This document shows positions 63,094 to 64,000 of a stretch of DNA of 64,000 nt, piece after piece; positions within the stretch are counted from its first letter, which is position 1; every line of letters starts with the position of its first letter. A program made the position numbers and the translations under genes. Below the pieces are notes generated by a model. That model was not told the origin of the DNA. It searched no databases and saw nothing but the letters and a program-made list of their open reading frames with translations. This DNA is from Cetorhinus maximus (Eukaryota). Location: NCBI RefSeq assembly GCF_964194155.1, contig NC_135892.1:47182001-47246000 (forward strand), in the 5' to 3' direction.

Positions 63094-63819
63094 CATCAGC
63101 GAACTTAAATACGTTACTTTCTGTCTCTTCATCTAAGTCATCAATATAGATTGTAAATAACTGAGTCCCCAGCACTGATCCTTGTGGCACTTCACTATTC
63201 ACTGCCTGCCAACTTGGAAAACGCCCCGTTAATGCCCACTCTCTGTTTTCTATCTGTTAACCAATCCTCTATTTGAACTTGCCTGGACTTGGTAATCCAG
63301 AAACCAGCAGGTTTAGCCCTCAAATGCTGATTAGACACAATTCTTGTGGAGCTTGAAATGTCGATTCTAGTCACCCACTCTCACTAAATGTAAGAGGTGC
63401 ATTGATGGAGACAGATCACAGGGTTTCAGGATGGTTCAGGGACCGAGCAAGAGGCTGCACATGTTGTTGGATGTAATACTAAAGGCTCTGATGAAGGAGG
63501 GATATCCTGTACCTGCTTGGGGGCAGCAGGAGAGGATGGGGGGGAGAAGTTCACCGCATCCTCCTGTCCCCCTCTCCTGCAGCAGCTAGTGTTGCTTTCT
63601 CTGGCCTCATCTCCTCTTCAAATTCCTCATCCAAACCAAGGGGGCCTCCCTAGCAAAATGTCTGTGACCAAGCAATCCCTATCCCCTAGAGACCCCTAAT
63701 AAGGTAGAGTAGCACAGCAATAAAAACAGAAAATGCTTAAAATATTCAGGTCAGGAAGCAGCTGTGGAAACAGAAAACAGAGGGAACATTTCAGGTCTAT
63801 GGCCTTTCATCGGGAGTTT

Positions 63820-64000
63820 GCCACACTTTGGCCTGAAATGTTTTTTGAGGGCACTTACTGCTGTATCAAATGTAGATGTGTCTTCTGTGAGCTGTTTGAA
63901 TATTCATTCGCCTTCATCGCTGAGACAATGTATGAAGGCCACCTTCTTGTGGATCACTGCTACATCCAGACTGTCAACCCCATAGTGAGCAAGTAGGTCT
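63820..64000 (-). mobile_element. Gypsy gag N-terminal remnant running off the window
   Basis: Minus strand KKVAFIHCLSDEGE*IFKQL...FDTAVSALKKHFRPK resembles Gypsy gag text. Confidence 0.6.

Noticed and set aside
63526-63580. 10-bp inverted repeat gcaggagagg/cctctcctgc
   Set aside because: Short, low-complexity purine/pyrimidine stem with no supporting context.
24800-64000. MPC1 or another expected syntenic neighbour downstream of RPS6KA2
   Set aside because: No recognisable MPC1 exon seen in this window.

Overview
Eukaryotic, repeat-dense vertebrate genomic DNA. The repeat landscape (CR1 LINEs, Deu-type SINE, Penelope fragments, Harbinger elements) suggests a cartilaginous fish; this is inference. 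The window holds the last three coding exons of RPS6KA2/RSK3 on the + strand (1459-1576, 13352-13489, 16178-16303). Its final intron has a GC donor. Tail-to-tail on the - strand there are two well-spliced exons of an unidentified gene (24622-24776, 24191-24444), whose only phase-consistent frame carries an in-frame TGA. The rest is nested mobile elements: a complete but decayed Ty1/Copia element of probable GalEa type (48543-54848), an internally deleted Gypsy element (37994-45657) hosting four later insertions, a near full-length CR1 (58853-63093), Harbinger elements and MITEs, SINEs and Penelope pieces. Two local fold-back inverted duplications (40550-41207, 55361-56700) have readable junctions. 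Most six-frame ORFs are transposon fragments or noise. All alignments and family calls were made by eye or from memory; no database search was run.
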